Shown: positions 48,874 through 61,574 of the stretch, piece after piece
How the letters are laid out: every line of letters begins with the position of its first letter
How positions within the stretch are numbered: the first letter of the stretch is position 1
Source of the DNA: Macrostomum lignano
Lineage: Eukaryota
Length of the DNA stretch: 64,000 bases
Assembly (NCBI GenBank): GCA_002269645.1
Contig: NIVC01000997.1
Location: 248,001-312,000, forward strand
Reading direction: 5' to 3'
Translations under genes and position numbers: made by a program
Notes under the pieces: generated by a model
Seen by the model: the letters and a program-made list of their open reading frames with translations, nothing else
Database searches by the model: none
Told to the model about the DNA's origin: nothing

Positions 48874-50490
48874 GATGGGGTGTCACTCCTAAATAACTGA
48901 TGGGGTGTCACTCCTGAATAACCGATGGGTTGTCACTCCTGAATAACTGATGGGGTGTCACTCCTGAATAACCGATGGGGTGTCACTCCTGAATAACCGA
49001 TGGGGAGTCACTCCTGAATAACCGATGGGGTGTCACTCCTGAATAACTGATGGGGTGTCACTCCTGAATAACTGATGGGGTGTCACTCCTGAATAACCGA
49101 TGGGGTGTCACTCCTGAATAACTGATGGGGTAGCACTCCTGAATAACTGATGGGGTGTCACTCCTGAATAACTGATGGGGTGTCACTCCTGAATAACTGA
49201 TGGGGTGTCACTCCTGAATAACCGATGGGGTGTCACTCCTGAATAACTGATGGGGTGTCACTCCTGAATAACTGATGGGTTGTCACTCCTGAATAACTGA
49301 TGGGGTGTCACTCCTGAATAACTGATGGGGTAGCACTCCTGAATAACTGATGGGGTGTCACTCCTGAATAACTGATGGGGTGTCACTCCTGAATAACTGA
49401 TGGGGTAGCACTCCTGAATAACTGATGGGGTAGCACTCCTGAATAACTGATGGGGTGTCTCCTGAATAACTGATGGGGTGTCTCCTGAATAACCGATGGG
49501 GTAGCACTCCTGAATAACTGATGGGGTGTCACTCCTGATTACTGATGGGGTGTCACTCCTGAATAACTGATGGGGTAGCACTCCTGAATAACTGATGGGG
49601 TGTCACTCCTGAATAACCGATGGGTTGTCACTCCTGAATAACCGATGGGTTGTCACTCCTGAATAACTGGTGGGGTAGCACTCCTGAATAACCGATGGAT
49701 TGTCACTCCTGAATAACTGATGGGGTAGCACTCCTGAATAACTGATGGGGTGTCACTCCTGAATAACCGATGGGTTGTCACTCCTGAATAACCGATGGGT
49801 TGTCACTCCTGAATAACTGATGGGGTGTCACTCCTGAATAACCGATGGGGTGTCACTCCTGAATAACTGATGGGGTAGCACTCCTGAATAACTGATGGGG
49901 TGTCACTCCTGAATAACTGATGGGGTGTCACTCCTGAATAACTGATGGGGTGTCACTCCTGAATAACCGATGGGGTGTCACTCCTGAATAACTGATGGGG
50001 TGTCACTCCTGAATAACTGATGGGGTGTCACTCCTGAATAACTGATGGGGTGTCACTCCTGAATAACTGATGGGTAGCACTCCTGAATAACTGATGGGGT
50101 GTCACTCCTGAATAACTGATGGGGTGTCACTCCTGAATAACTGATGGGGTAGCACTCCTGAATAACTGATGGGGTAGCACTCCTGAATAACTGATGGGGT
50201 GTCTCCTGAATAACTGATGGGGTGTCTCCTGAATAACCGATGGGGTAGCACTCCTGAATAACTGATGGGGTGTCACTCCTGATTACTGATGGGGTGTCAC
50301 TCCTGAATAACTGATGGGGTAGCACTCCTGAATAACTGATGGGGTGTCACTCCTGAATAACCGATGGGTTGTCACTCCTGAATAACCGATGGGTTGTCAC
50401 TCCTGAATAACTGGTGGGGTAGCACTCCTGAATAACCGATGGATTGTCACTCCTGAATAACTGATGGGGTAGCACTCCTGAATAACTGAT
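48874..50490. repeat. 25-bp minisatellite (GATGGGGTGTCACTCCTGAATAACT)
   Basis: About 65 copies; rare variants recur at 744-bp spacing. Confidence 0.97.
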
Positions 50491-51108
50491 GGGGTAGCGG
50501 TGCCACTTGGGAAAGATTTAAAGGTAACTTGATTAATCCCTTTTTGTTGGATGATATATATAAAACAGTTATATTTCTTCACTTTTCAGTTTTCTTTCTG
50601 GATTTCCCATGTAATTTTTTGTCCTTTATAAAAACATTTTTAGTTTTGGCGAAGTTTTGTTTCGAGATCTGATCGATATTGTTTGTCACTTCCGATTGTC
50701 GGCTTTTTTTGTCGTATTTTTGGGCTTCAGTTATCTTTAATCTGTACTGTTTTACTTGAAGTAGCGAGTCGAGTAGGTTAATATTGTTTTCCGTGTTTTT
50801 GCTGAAAGCTTGTCTTTATTAATAATACATATTAAGAGTGTTGGCCTCGTACAAAAATATATACTCTCAAATCGCCCTGATATTACTGATTTGCTATAAA
50901 ACAGTAATTCGGTGTCTGTGAATGCAGCTTCTATTTCGGTAAGCGAAATTTCAATTCATCTATAAATATCTTATTCTGTTTAAAGCTTCTTAAATTTAAT
51001 TTCTTGGCGAAATACAGAACTGCCTGACCCTAAATACTAAAACTTACCTTACGACTGGCTCAATAATAAGACTGACAGCGGGTAATCAATAAAAATTACA
51101 GCAAATAA

Positions 51109-52205
51109 TGAATAAGAGAGTGACAGCAGGGCATGAATAAGAGAGTGACAGCAGGGAATGAATAAGAGAGTGACAGCAGGGAATGAATAAGAGAGTGACA
51201 GCAGGGAATGAATAAGAGAGTGACAGCAGGGCATGAATAAGAGAGTGACAGCAGGGAATGAATAAGAGAGTGACAGCAGGGAATGAATAAGAGAGTGACA
51301 GCAGGGAATGAATAAGAGAGTGACAGCAGGGAATGAATAAGAGAGTGACAGCAGGGCATGAATAAGAGAGTGACAGCAGGGCATGAATAAGAGAGTGACA
51401 GCAGGGCATGAATAAGAGAGTGACAGCAGGGCATGAATAAGAGAGTGACAGCAGGGCATGAATAAGAGAGTGACAGCAGGGCATGAATAAGAGAGTGACA
51501 GCAGGGCATGAATAAGAGAGTGACAGCAGGGCATGAATAAGAGAGTGACAGCAGGGCATGAATAAGAGAGTGACAGCAGGGCATGAATAAGAGAGTGACA
51601 GTAGGGAATGAATAAGAGAGTGACAGCAGGGCATGAATAAGAGAGTGACAGCAGGGCATGAATAAGAGAGTGACAGCAGGGAATGAATAAGAGAGTGACA
51701 GCAGGGAATGAATAAGAGAGTGACAGCAGGGAGCAGGGCATGAATAAGAGAGTGACAGCAGGGAATGAATAAGAGAGTGACAGCAGGGCATGAATAAGAG
51801 AGTGACAGCAGGGCATGAATAAGAGAGTGACAGCAGGGAATGAATAAGAGAGTGACAGCAGGGCATGAATAAGAGAGTGACAGCAGGGCATGAATAAGAG
51901 AGTGACAGCAGGGAATGAATAAGAGAGTGACAGCAGGGAATGAATAAGAGAGTGACAGCAGGGAATGAATAAGAGAGTGACAGCAGGGCATGAATAAGAG
52001 AGTGACAGCAGGGAATGAATAAGAGAGTGACAGCAGGGAATGAATAAGAGAGTGACAGCAGGGAATGAATAAGAGAGTGACAACAGGGAATGAATAAGAG
52101 AGTGACAGCAGGGCATGAATAAGAGAGTGACAGCAGGGCATGAATAAGAGAGTGACAGCAGGGAATGAATAAGAGAGTGACAGCAGGGAATGAATAAGAG
52201 TGTGA
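51109..52205. repeat. 25-bp minisatellite (GAATAAGAGAGTGACAGCAGGGCAT / ...GGGAAT)
   Basis: About 44 highly homogeneous copies of two variants; source of three 350-370 aa ORF artefacts. Confidence 0.97.
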
Positions 52206-52784
52206 CACTATATTGGTTAGGCTAGACTAGTGAGAGGGCATTGAAGACAAAACAAAGGCAACAGAAAGGACTTGGCAATCTCACAGCCGTGCGGAGCGGG
52301 TCATTAGCTAAGCCTAGTTTAGCATCAGATCAATCCAGGCTAATGTTTCCGTGTGCCCCAATTAGCGCGCACTTGTCCCGGACGTGTAGTAATTAGTCCT
52401 ATCAATAAGTATTGCAAATAAACCCAATTATATCTGTCTAATGTAAGTCATAAACCAGTTTAATTTTGGTTTATTACTGTAGCTAGCACAACTGTGCATC
52501 TGTTTTTATGGCACACATTTTGCAACTTCCTATGTGTCATTAGCCAGTCACAAAATACGCCAATTAATGATAAGAGTTACAAATTCATTTAATTCGAGGC
52601 AAATTGAAATTAAGCATGCGTTGAAATTCAAGTATATTCATGGCATAATGCATAATGCGTACTGAAAGATAGAAAACTTAAACAACAACGGCATCAGTTA
52701 GTATAGCACATATTTTTCTCCGTAAAATATCGAAAGGGGGTATACATCAAATCTTGGTTAAATGTGAGAAGCGAAAGTAACTAA

Positions 52785-52892
52785 CACATCTGTGAAAGCA
52801 GCTGACACACCTGTGCAAGCAGCTGACACACCTGTGAAAGCAGCTGACACACCTGTGAAAGCAGCTGACACACCTGTAAAAGCAGCTGACAA
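52785..52892. repeat. 21-bp tandem repeat (GCAGCTGACACACCTGTGAAA) x~5
   Basis: Seen directly. Confidence 0.88.
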
Positions 52893-53272
52893 AACTTAAC
52901 CTGACATCAGTCAAAAGAACTAATGTACCCCTGACAGAACAGCTGATACATGCACGCTATTGACAAACACATCTCACGCCATAATCAAAACATCTCATGC
53001 CATCATCAAAACATCTGATACCATCATCAAAACAGCTCAAATTTTCAATTAAACAATTGCAAAATCAAGTTCAAAGCAAGCTCGCAGCCCTATCAGCAAG
53101 AGAATGGATCAGCAAATTAACAAGATTGGCAAAAGACATGCACTACCTACAAGACTAAAAAAAGTACATAGTGAAACGCATAAAGTTTTCGACAGACAAA
53201 TATCACAGTGCTCACTTACAAAATAACGATTCTACACGTGCATTTACTTGGCAAAGTCTCAATTAACTATTC

Positions 53273-55805
53273 TCAATTGAGTTTAGTAGTCATGAAGGAC
53301 ATGCAGATGACCACAATAGCAAACAGCATATTCACCACGGGCATCATCATTGAGATGCCCCACAGCAGCGAGTCGCACAGCGGGCTGGTTTCAAAGTACA
53401 CCGGCGCCTTCTCGTGCAGCGGATCCACCCTAGGCGTCATCTGCTTCCACACGTAGTGCACAAATCCCAGAGCCGTTTTGCCAGCGTAGGCCACCGCAGT
53501 GAGAAACCCGGACAGCAGGATGTACGGCCGAACAGTTGCCGACGTGAATCGGGTCCAGTGTAGGAACAGAAACTTGCCCAGTGTGAGCGGGAAATCTGCC
53601 AGCAAGCTGAACGCCAGTATGATGAAGACTGAGCACACTTGCACTCGTTGCTCCCTTCGGTTGGGCTTCTCCATGCCCATCCGGCCGCGCATCCAGCTGC
53701 TGCCGACTACGCAGGCCAAGGACGAGTCCACAATGAGTAGGCAGACTTCCAGGCAGAGGAACACGATGTAGCCGATTCTCAGCTGGGGTTGAGGTAAGTA
53801 AGGAGAGCAAAGAGAAAATTAACCCAGTTTTAGTAAAACACGCAGGTTGAAAACCGCCGATCCCCAGCTATATATCGCTATAAATATGCAGTACTACAGA
53901 CAATTCTGCGCAATTATATTTTGCTAATTGCAAGAAACCAAACCCTATCGCTGCTTGGGCCAAGGACTACTCAAGTAACAGGTTGTCCTTGGCTCGGGCC
54001 TGCAAGCATGTGTAAGCTTGGATGTGGCCATTATGAACCACAACTCTTATTGAAACTCTGCTTTGCCTCCGAACTCTCATCAATTATAGCCCCATGCTGC
54101 TCTCCAGTTTCTACTCTCTCCTCTCCCTCTCCCTCTCCCCTGTCTCCCTCCTCTCCCTCACCACCTCTCTCTCCCTTTTCCCTCTCTCCACCTCTCTCTC
54201 TCCCTCTTTCCTCTTTCCTTCTCTCCCTCTTCCCTCTTTCCTTCTCTCCCTCTTCCCTCTTTCCTTCTCTCCCTCTTCCCTCTTTCCTTCTCTCCCTCTT
54301 CCCTCTTTCCTTCTCTCCCTCTTCCATCTTTCCTTCTCTCCCTCTTCCATCTTTCCCTCTCTCCCTCTTTCCCCTTTCCTTCTCTCCCTCTTTCCCCTTT
54401 CCTTCTCTCCCTCTTCCATCTTTCCTTCTCTCCCTCTTCCCTCTTTCCTTCTCTCCCTCTTCCATCTTTCCTTCTCTCCCTCTTCCATCTTTCCTTCTCT
54501 CCCTCTTCCCTCTTTCCTTCTCTCCCTCTTCCATCTTTCCTTCTCTCCCTCTTTCCCCTTTCCTTCTCTCCCTCTTCCATCTTTCCTTCTCTCCCTCTTC
54601 CCTCTTTCCTTCTCTCCCTCTTCCATCTTTCCTTCTCTCCCTCTTCCATCTTTCCTTCTCTCCCTCTTCCCTCTTTCCTTCTCTCCCTCTTCCCTCTTTC
54701 CTTCTCTCCCTCTTCCCTCTTTCCTTCTCTCCCTCTTTCCTCTTTCCTTCTCTCCCTCTTCCATCTTTCCCTCTCTCCCTCTTTCCCCTTTCCTTCTCTC
54801 CCTCTTTCCCCTTTCCTTCTCTCCCTCTTCCATCTTTCCTTCTCTCCCTCTTTCCTCTTCCCTTCTCTCCCTCTTCCATCTTTCCTTCTCTCCCTCTTCC
54901 ATCTTTCCTTCTCTCCCTCTTCCATCTTTCCTTCTCTCCCTCTTCCATCTTTCCCTCTCTCCCTCTTTCCCCTTTCCTTCTCTCCCTCTTTCCCCTTTCC
55001 TTCTCTCCCTCTTCCATCTTTCCTTCTCTCCCTCTTTCCTCTTCCCTTCTCTCCCTCTTCCATCTTTCCTTCTCTCCCTCTTCCATCTTTCCTTCTCTCC
55101 CTCTTCCATCTTTCCTTCTCTCCCTCTTCCACCTTTCCTTCTCTCCTCTTCCACCTTTCCTTCTCTCCCTATTCCATCTTTCCTTCTCTCCCTCTTCCAT
55201 CTTTCCTTCTCTCCCTCTTCCACCTTTCCTTCTCTCCCTCTTCCACCTTTCCTTCTCTCCCTCTTCCACCTTTCTTTCTCTCCCTCTTCCACCTTTCTTT
55301 CTCTCCGTCTTCCCCCTCTTACATTCCCTCCCCCCTCCTTTTCCCTCTGACTCTCCCTCTCTCTCTCGGGTGATACTCCTCCTCTCCCTCTTTTCCTTCC
55401 TCTGACTCTGCCCCTCTCCCCTCTCTCCCTCTCACTCTCCTTCTCCATTCTCTCTCCCGTTCCCCCTCCCTCTCTCTCCCTCAATTCCATTTCCTCATTC
55501 TCCTCCCAAACCACCTTTAATCACACAGCCTATTAGCATGATACGGCATGACAAATAAAAAATACATGGAAAATATACAGTACAACTCTGACAAAGTCTC
55601 ACCTGAGTAGCATTCTGAAGCTGGTTCTCCACATCTGAGCTGGTCAAATCCACCAGCGCGATCGCGTTGCCAGCCACGGCTAGAGACAAGCAGACTACAA
55701 CTGCTCCCAGCTGCCCAATGGCGGCTCGCTTGATGTAGCCGGGCGACTCAGCATCCCGCCTGTGATGCAGCGACTCGCGATGGCGAACCGCCTGCAGCTC
55801 CCAAA
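53273..55805 (-). CDS. 3' exons of a divergent multi-pass membrane protein, probably a rhodopsin-like GPCR (5' exons unresolved)
   Basis: Exons 55603-55805 and 53273-53782 splice in phase 0 (NATQ|LRIGY). Four hydrophobic helices spaced like TM4-TM7, a basic loop (NRREQRVQ) before a helix containing LADFP, and a further hydrophobic C-terminal stretch. Confidence 0.6.
54105..55505. repeat. ~1.4-kb homopyrimidine minisatellite (CCCTCTTCCATCTTTCCTTCTCT, 23 bp) in an intron
   Basis: Almost pure C/T on the plus strand; source of the 324-494 aa ORF artefacts. Confidence 0.97.
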
Positions 55806-56023
55806 CTAAGTAGGAAAGCTCCGGCATAATTGTTTCGGATTTCTAGAAAATACTAGCTTTATGGAAGCCTGAGTCAAGAGAAACTATAACCTTAGTATCA
55901 GATTTATTTGCCTGCCAAGGACTTTGTTCACGCTTTTCCTATATAAGCCTTGAACACCCTGGCTGTCCACCCGCACACTTGGTTGGCTGGCTGCATGCAA
56001 TCTGAGAAAGAGAGAAAGAAAGG

Positions 56024-56058
<35 letters not shown>

Positions 56059-56655
56059 TGCTCACTCAAATTGCTGAGAAAGAGAGCATGGTGTGGAGAG
56101 AGAGGGGGGAGGCAGACAGACTCAGAGAGCCAGCTGGAGCATCTCAAACTTATAAAAAGCCAACCAACAGCAGGCAAACAATGGCATTCTGTGCTTGCAC
56201 TGTACACTGCATGTACACCGCGATCAGGCCAAGGGATGAAAACTCAAATAATTTGAATAGAAGCTGGAGCGGAGGGGAGTTGGGATAGCGGGTGGTGGTG
56301 GGAGGGTTAGAAAAGCATCTTTTCAGTTGCTAATGGCTACCAATACAAAAGCCTGAACTAAAGCGTGAATGCAGGGCCTGAAGTAGAAGAGTGCTCAATA
56401 AAATTTCTTATGCTCAACAAGCCGCACAAGAGCAGAGAGTGAGAACCTATATAGCAGACGCTCATGTTTAGAAATATAGGACTTGCTAAGAGATAGAGAA
56501 GATATAGAGAGGTGTCACGATCGGTTGGTGGTCTCACCGCAAGCCCAGTCCCGGCAGTGTACATTCAACGCCTGTGAGCATTTTTTCAGTCGGGGAGAGA
56601 GACAGAAGAGAGAATAGAATTATTCAACTGTGCAAAAGCCGCCTGTCCGCGTACC

Positions 56656-56669
56656 GTTGCCATGGCAAC
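56656..56669. promoter_or_regulatory. Perfect palindromic RFX X-box GTTGCCATGGCAAC
   Basis: Exact 14-bp palindrome in non-repeat DNA upstream of the GPCR-like exons; function inferred. Confidence 0.55.
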
Positions 56670-57419
56670 CAGTTCAGCCGCCCTTATCCCCCCTTTAAGA
56701 GAAAGCTTGCCAAATTCCCAACCGCGCTGTTAAATAATAGAAATCATCCTCCAGATGCGACAGCCAGGATCAGGAATGCACTATTAATCTACTAATCTGT
56801 CAGTACAAACTCTTTACGCCTACTTCAAGTAGAGTAATTAGATTGATAAATAAATGAATATAAGAAACTTATTCTGGCTGAGCGCCTCTTTGCATTATTC
56901 TCTGTGTAAGGACAGTGCATTGCGATTACAAACCACGCTTATGTAACGATAGATAATAAAGCTAAATATATTTTTTATTTTACGAGTACTGGGATTACAC
57001 TCGCATCAATTTACGAGTAAAACAAAATAATATTAGAAACAGAATTTTCGCAATTAGGATTCACTAATAAAGACACTGTTTTACTTTTATACTACTATTA
57101 TTGTGTGGTGCGCTCAAAAACAGTCATTAATTGGGTTAATATACTACTAAGACAATATTGACCGCCACACTGTACAACGTTGCTCATATGATTTTTACCA
57201 TTTTACTTTCACAACAGAAGCCACAGTGTAGATTTAAAATTCGGCTGTACTAATTGTACAAGTTTGTTATAATTAATGTACACATTGTTGGATAACTGTC
57301 ACTGACGTTGGACGAGAGAGCTTCAACTGCGAAACACTGATTAGGGCGCTTGGGCGGCTGACTTTACAGACGGACTGATACTATAGATTAGTGGGATAAA
57401 TATTGGCAGACCAGATAGA

Positions 57420-57570
57420 TACACGGACAGACAGACAGACAGACATGCAGCCAGCAGACAGATAGGCAGACAGATATGCAGCCAGTAGACAGATAGGTAG
57501 ACAGACAGAAAGACAGACAGACAGACACTAGGACAGACAGACAGACACTAAGAAAGACAGACAGACACTA

Positions 57571-57627
<57 letters not shown>

Positions 57628-57682
57628 CTAAGACAGACAGACACACAGACAGACAGACAGACACTAAGACAGACAGACACTA

Positions 57683-57715
<33 letters not shown>

Positions 57716-57872
57716 CTAAGACAGACAGACACTAAGACAGACAGACACTAAGACAGACAGACAGACAGACACTAAGACAGACAGACACTAAGACAGACAG
57801 ACACTAAGACAGACAGACACTAAGACAGACAGACAGACAGACACTAAGACAGACAGACACTAAGACAGACAA
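57420..57872. repeat. (GACA)n microsatellite with CACTAA interruptions
   Basis: Seen directly. Confidence 0.95.
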
Positions 57873-58629
57873 ACAACAAATAAGCATTGATTTCTGTCAG
57901 TAAAAATTCGCGCCAAACACAAAAGACACAAGCAATCACCGAAGCACGAGCCACTCCATCAGAGCTGAATTTTGAGTGCAAAAACACAGAGAAAAGACAG
58001 AATAATGAAACTTCGGCCCCAACAGAGACGCACATATGAAGCAACAAAAATGCCGGAACAAAGGTTGTAAAGAAACGCATTTAAACAAGCAATCGAAGGA
58101 AACAGAGAGGGAGAGAGAGAGAGAGTAGAAAAACAACGCAAGTAAATCTTTAAAGCAAAAGACAACAGCAATGCTGCCAATGCAACAATTACATAGATTG
58201 TTAATTTTTCAATAAGTATTTTGTTGTCTTGTCAAAGGTTAGGCCGACAATAAAATAATATAATTAACAATGACAAAAGAACAATGTAAAAAAGCAGCAG
58301 GAACACCCTACCTAACAAAGCTTCAAAATAGTTTGCAATAAATTAATTTTTTCGTGTTAACGACATAGATTTTCTGCGCAAACTTCGCGAATAAATAATG
58401 ATATGAGCAGTAAGAAAAGAGAAAATAAGCACAAAGCAACAAGAAGCAGAGCATAAGCAACTTATTTGCAACGATTTTTTAAATTTAAGCTGAAAACAAT
58501 TGTTAAAATTAAACAATTGAACAATTTATTATTTTGTGAGCTAAACTCAAATAAATACGCGAGGCTGAGATAACTTTCAAATTCTAACATTAATGAGCTC
58601 TCATTCTATAAAATTAGGAATAAAGAACC

Positions 58630-59382
58630 TCAAATCAGGGATTCGAATCCCATAATGATATTCACTGAGGATAAAAATCCCTAAATCAGGGGATTTGAAT
58701 CCCACAATATTTACCGAGGATAAAAATCCCTAAATCAGGGGATTTGAATCCCACAATATTTACCGAGGATAAAAATCCCTAAATCAGGGGATTTGAATCC
58801 CACAATATTTACCGAGGATAAAAATCCCTAAATCAGGGGATTTGAATCCCACAATATTTACCGAGGATAAAAATCCCTAAATCAGGGGATTTGAATCCCA
58901 CAATATTTACCGAGGATAAAAATCCCTAAATCAGGGGATTTGAATCCCACAATATTTACCGAGGATAAAAATCCCTAAATCAGGGGATTTGAATCCCACA
59001 ATATTTACCGAGGATAAAAATCCCTAAATCAGGGGATTTGAATCCCACAATACTTACCGAGGATAAAAATCTCTAAATCAGGGGTTCGAATCCCACAATA
59101 TTTACCGAGTATAAAAATCCCTAAATCAGGGGTTCGAATTCCACAATATTTACAGAGGATAAAAATCCCTAAATCAGGGGTTCGAATCCAACAATACTTA
59201 CAGAGGATAAAAATCCCTAAATCAGGGGTTCGAATCCAACAATACTTACAGAGGATAAAAATCCCTAAATCAGGGGATTTGAATCCCACAATATTCACCT
59301 AGGATAAAAATCCCTAAATCAGGGATTCGAATCCATAATAATATTTACCGAGGATAAAAATCCCCATTTCAGGGATTCGAAT
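58630..59382. repeat. 49-bp minisatellite containing a GGGATTTGAATCCC / GGTTCGAATCC hairpin
   Basis: About 15 copies; period 49 bp (58683 to 58732). Confidence 0.95.
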
Positions 59383-59562
59383 CCAATTTTCGTGACAATA
59401 ATAGAACTAGTATTTCACCAGAATAAGATACAAATATATAACATATAGTAGCTATTAAATAGGACAGACAAACAAATTTAGATGAATAATAATATATCTA
59501 ATTAAGGAATAAAAACACACGCAAAACACGCATTATTATGTCAGTCAGCTTAGCCTTGCACT

Positions 59563-61373
59563 TTAAACGCCAGACTTGGCAGAAACAGGCACAGAGGCGC
59601 CGTCTCCATTAGGCAACGATCTGGCAACGGCAGAGTTCGGCACTAATTTAAACGGCCGCCTACCAGCTTTGCGCAGCTGTTGACCAGTGAGGTGAGAACG
59701 AGTTGATTTAGTTCGATAGACGAACAGCTCTTCGGCGGCGCTGGCTGCTGGATTAGGGGCGGCGATAGCGGCAGAATTGCTATCGGAATCGGAATTGGCA
59801 GACGGCTTCAATGGCAATGAGCCATTGCTCTGCTGCTGTTGCTGCTGCTGCTGCTGTTGAACATATTTAGCAGCCGCGGCGGCCTTCAAAGCCGGCCGTT
59901 TGGCCGCCGGCACCCCCAGAGACGAGTCGAGCTGCTGCTGCTGCTGCTGACCGCTGGAACCATTGGTTGCGGCCGCTGCCGCTGCTGAACGCTTCTGCGG
60001 CAGCAGGAAGTTCAATGCGCTGCCGCCGCCATTGGACACCACCGGAGCGGCTGAAGAAACGGCAACGGCAGCGGCGGCCGCGACAGCAGCTCGCTGCTCG
60101 TCCAATTGACGATGAAATTCTTGGCGCTTAGCCAAATCCGGAGTTGGGAAAGCGCTCGGCCTAGGACTGGGCTTCAGCACCGAAGCTCGGTCGCGGCTTA
60201 ACAAATCCGAATATTCGTTAGTTAAACTGTCGCCGTCACGCTTCGGACAGATTTTAGTCAGCAGGCTGTCCAGCTGATCGACAGTCAGGGAGGCTGCGCA
60301 GCTCGGCTTCAGCTGCTTGGCTAATAAATCTGATTTATTACCAGCAGACGAATACCGATTTGGCAGTTCTTTCAGGGCCGGCTTAGCGTCGAATCGCGAA
60401 TCGAATGGTCGGCGAGCTAATCGCCTGAGCTTGAGCAGGTCCGAGCACAGGCGCCTGGCCAGTCTAGTAGTAACATTAGCGGACATTAGCATACTCTTGA
60501 CGGCTTTAGCTTTGCTCAAATTGCCTATACTAGACTCGTCTAGATTGTGCGCCGCGGCCAGGTGCCGGACTAGCTGAGGCCGCAGGCGGAACTCCTTCTC
60601 GCAGCCGGCCACGGTGCACCGGTGCACACCGCCCATCGATGCCGATGAGCCGCCGCCGACAGCTCCGGAGGCGACAGCTTTCTCTAATCTGGTGGCGCTC
60701 TTTAAACCGCCGTACCGTTTCCAATAGGCCCAGCAGGCGGTGCACAGGCGGCAGGACAGGTGCGGCGGGCCCCAGGCGTACCACTGGCCGCCGGGGCTGG
60801 TCGTGTAGCAGCTCTCGCAGCCGCGGCTGGCGCCAGCCGTGTCTTGGCGATTGTACAGCACGGCCGGGTTGGGCTTCGTGTAGTTGGGAATGTACACCTT
60901 GGGGGGAGGGTTAGCGGTTTTCTATCATAGCTGCTGACTCAGTTAGTAACGCTGATGACAGACTGCTATTTAATAATCTGCATATCTATCTATCTGTCTA
61001 TCAATCGATCAATCAATCTGTCTGTCTATCTATCTATTAATATGTCTATCAATCAATCAATCAATCAATCTATCTATCTATCAATCAATCAATCTATCAA
61101 TCTATCAATCTATCAATCTATCTATCTATCTATCAATCAATCAATCAATCTATCTATCAATCTATCAATCAATCAATCTATCAATCAATCAATCAATCTG
61201 TCTGTCTATCTATCTATTAATCTGTCTATCAATCTATCAATCTATCAATCAATCAATCTATCAATCTATCAATCAATCAATCAATCTGTCTGTCTATCTA
61301 TCTATTAATCTGTCTATCAATCTATCAATCTATCAATCAATCAATCAATCAATCTATCTATCTATCTATCAAT

Positions 61374-61407
<34 letters not shown>

Positions 61408-61528
61408 GTCTGCCTATCAATCTATCAATCAATCAATCTATCAATCAATCTATCTATCTATCTATCAATCAATCTATCTATCTATCAATCAATCTATCTA
61501 TCTATCAATCAATCAATCAATCTATCTA

Positions 61529-61574
<46 letters not shown>

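Noticed and set aside
51049-55514. Many 320-490 aa ORFs (PCCHSL, EGEKER and PSSLFP repeats)
   Set aside because: Stop-free readings of minisatellites that are open in several frames at once; no coding evidence.
58630-59382. CRISPR-like array with palindromic repeats
   Set aside because: Units are contiguous with no unique spacers, there are no cas genes, and the context is eukaryotic. The same applies to all other arrays here.
60570-60640. C2H2 finger after the GATA finger of MTA as a novelty
   Set aside because: As I recall, invertebrate MTA1-like proteins already have this finger.
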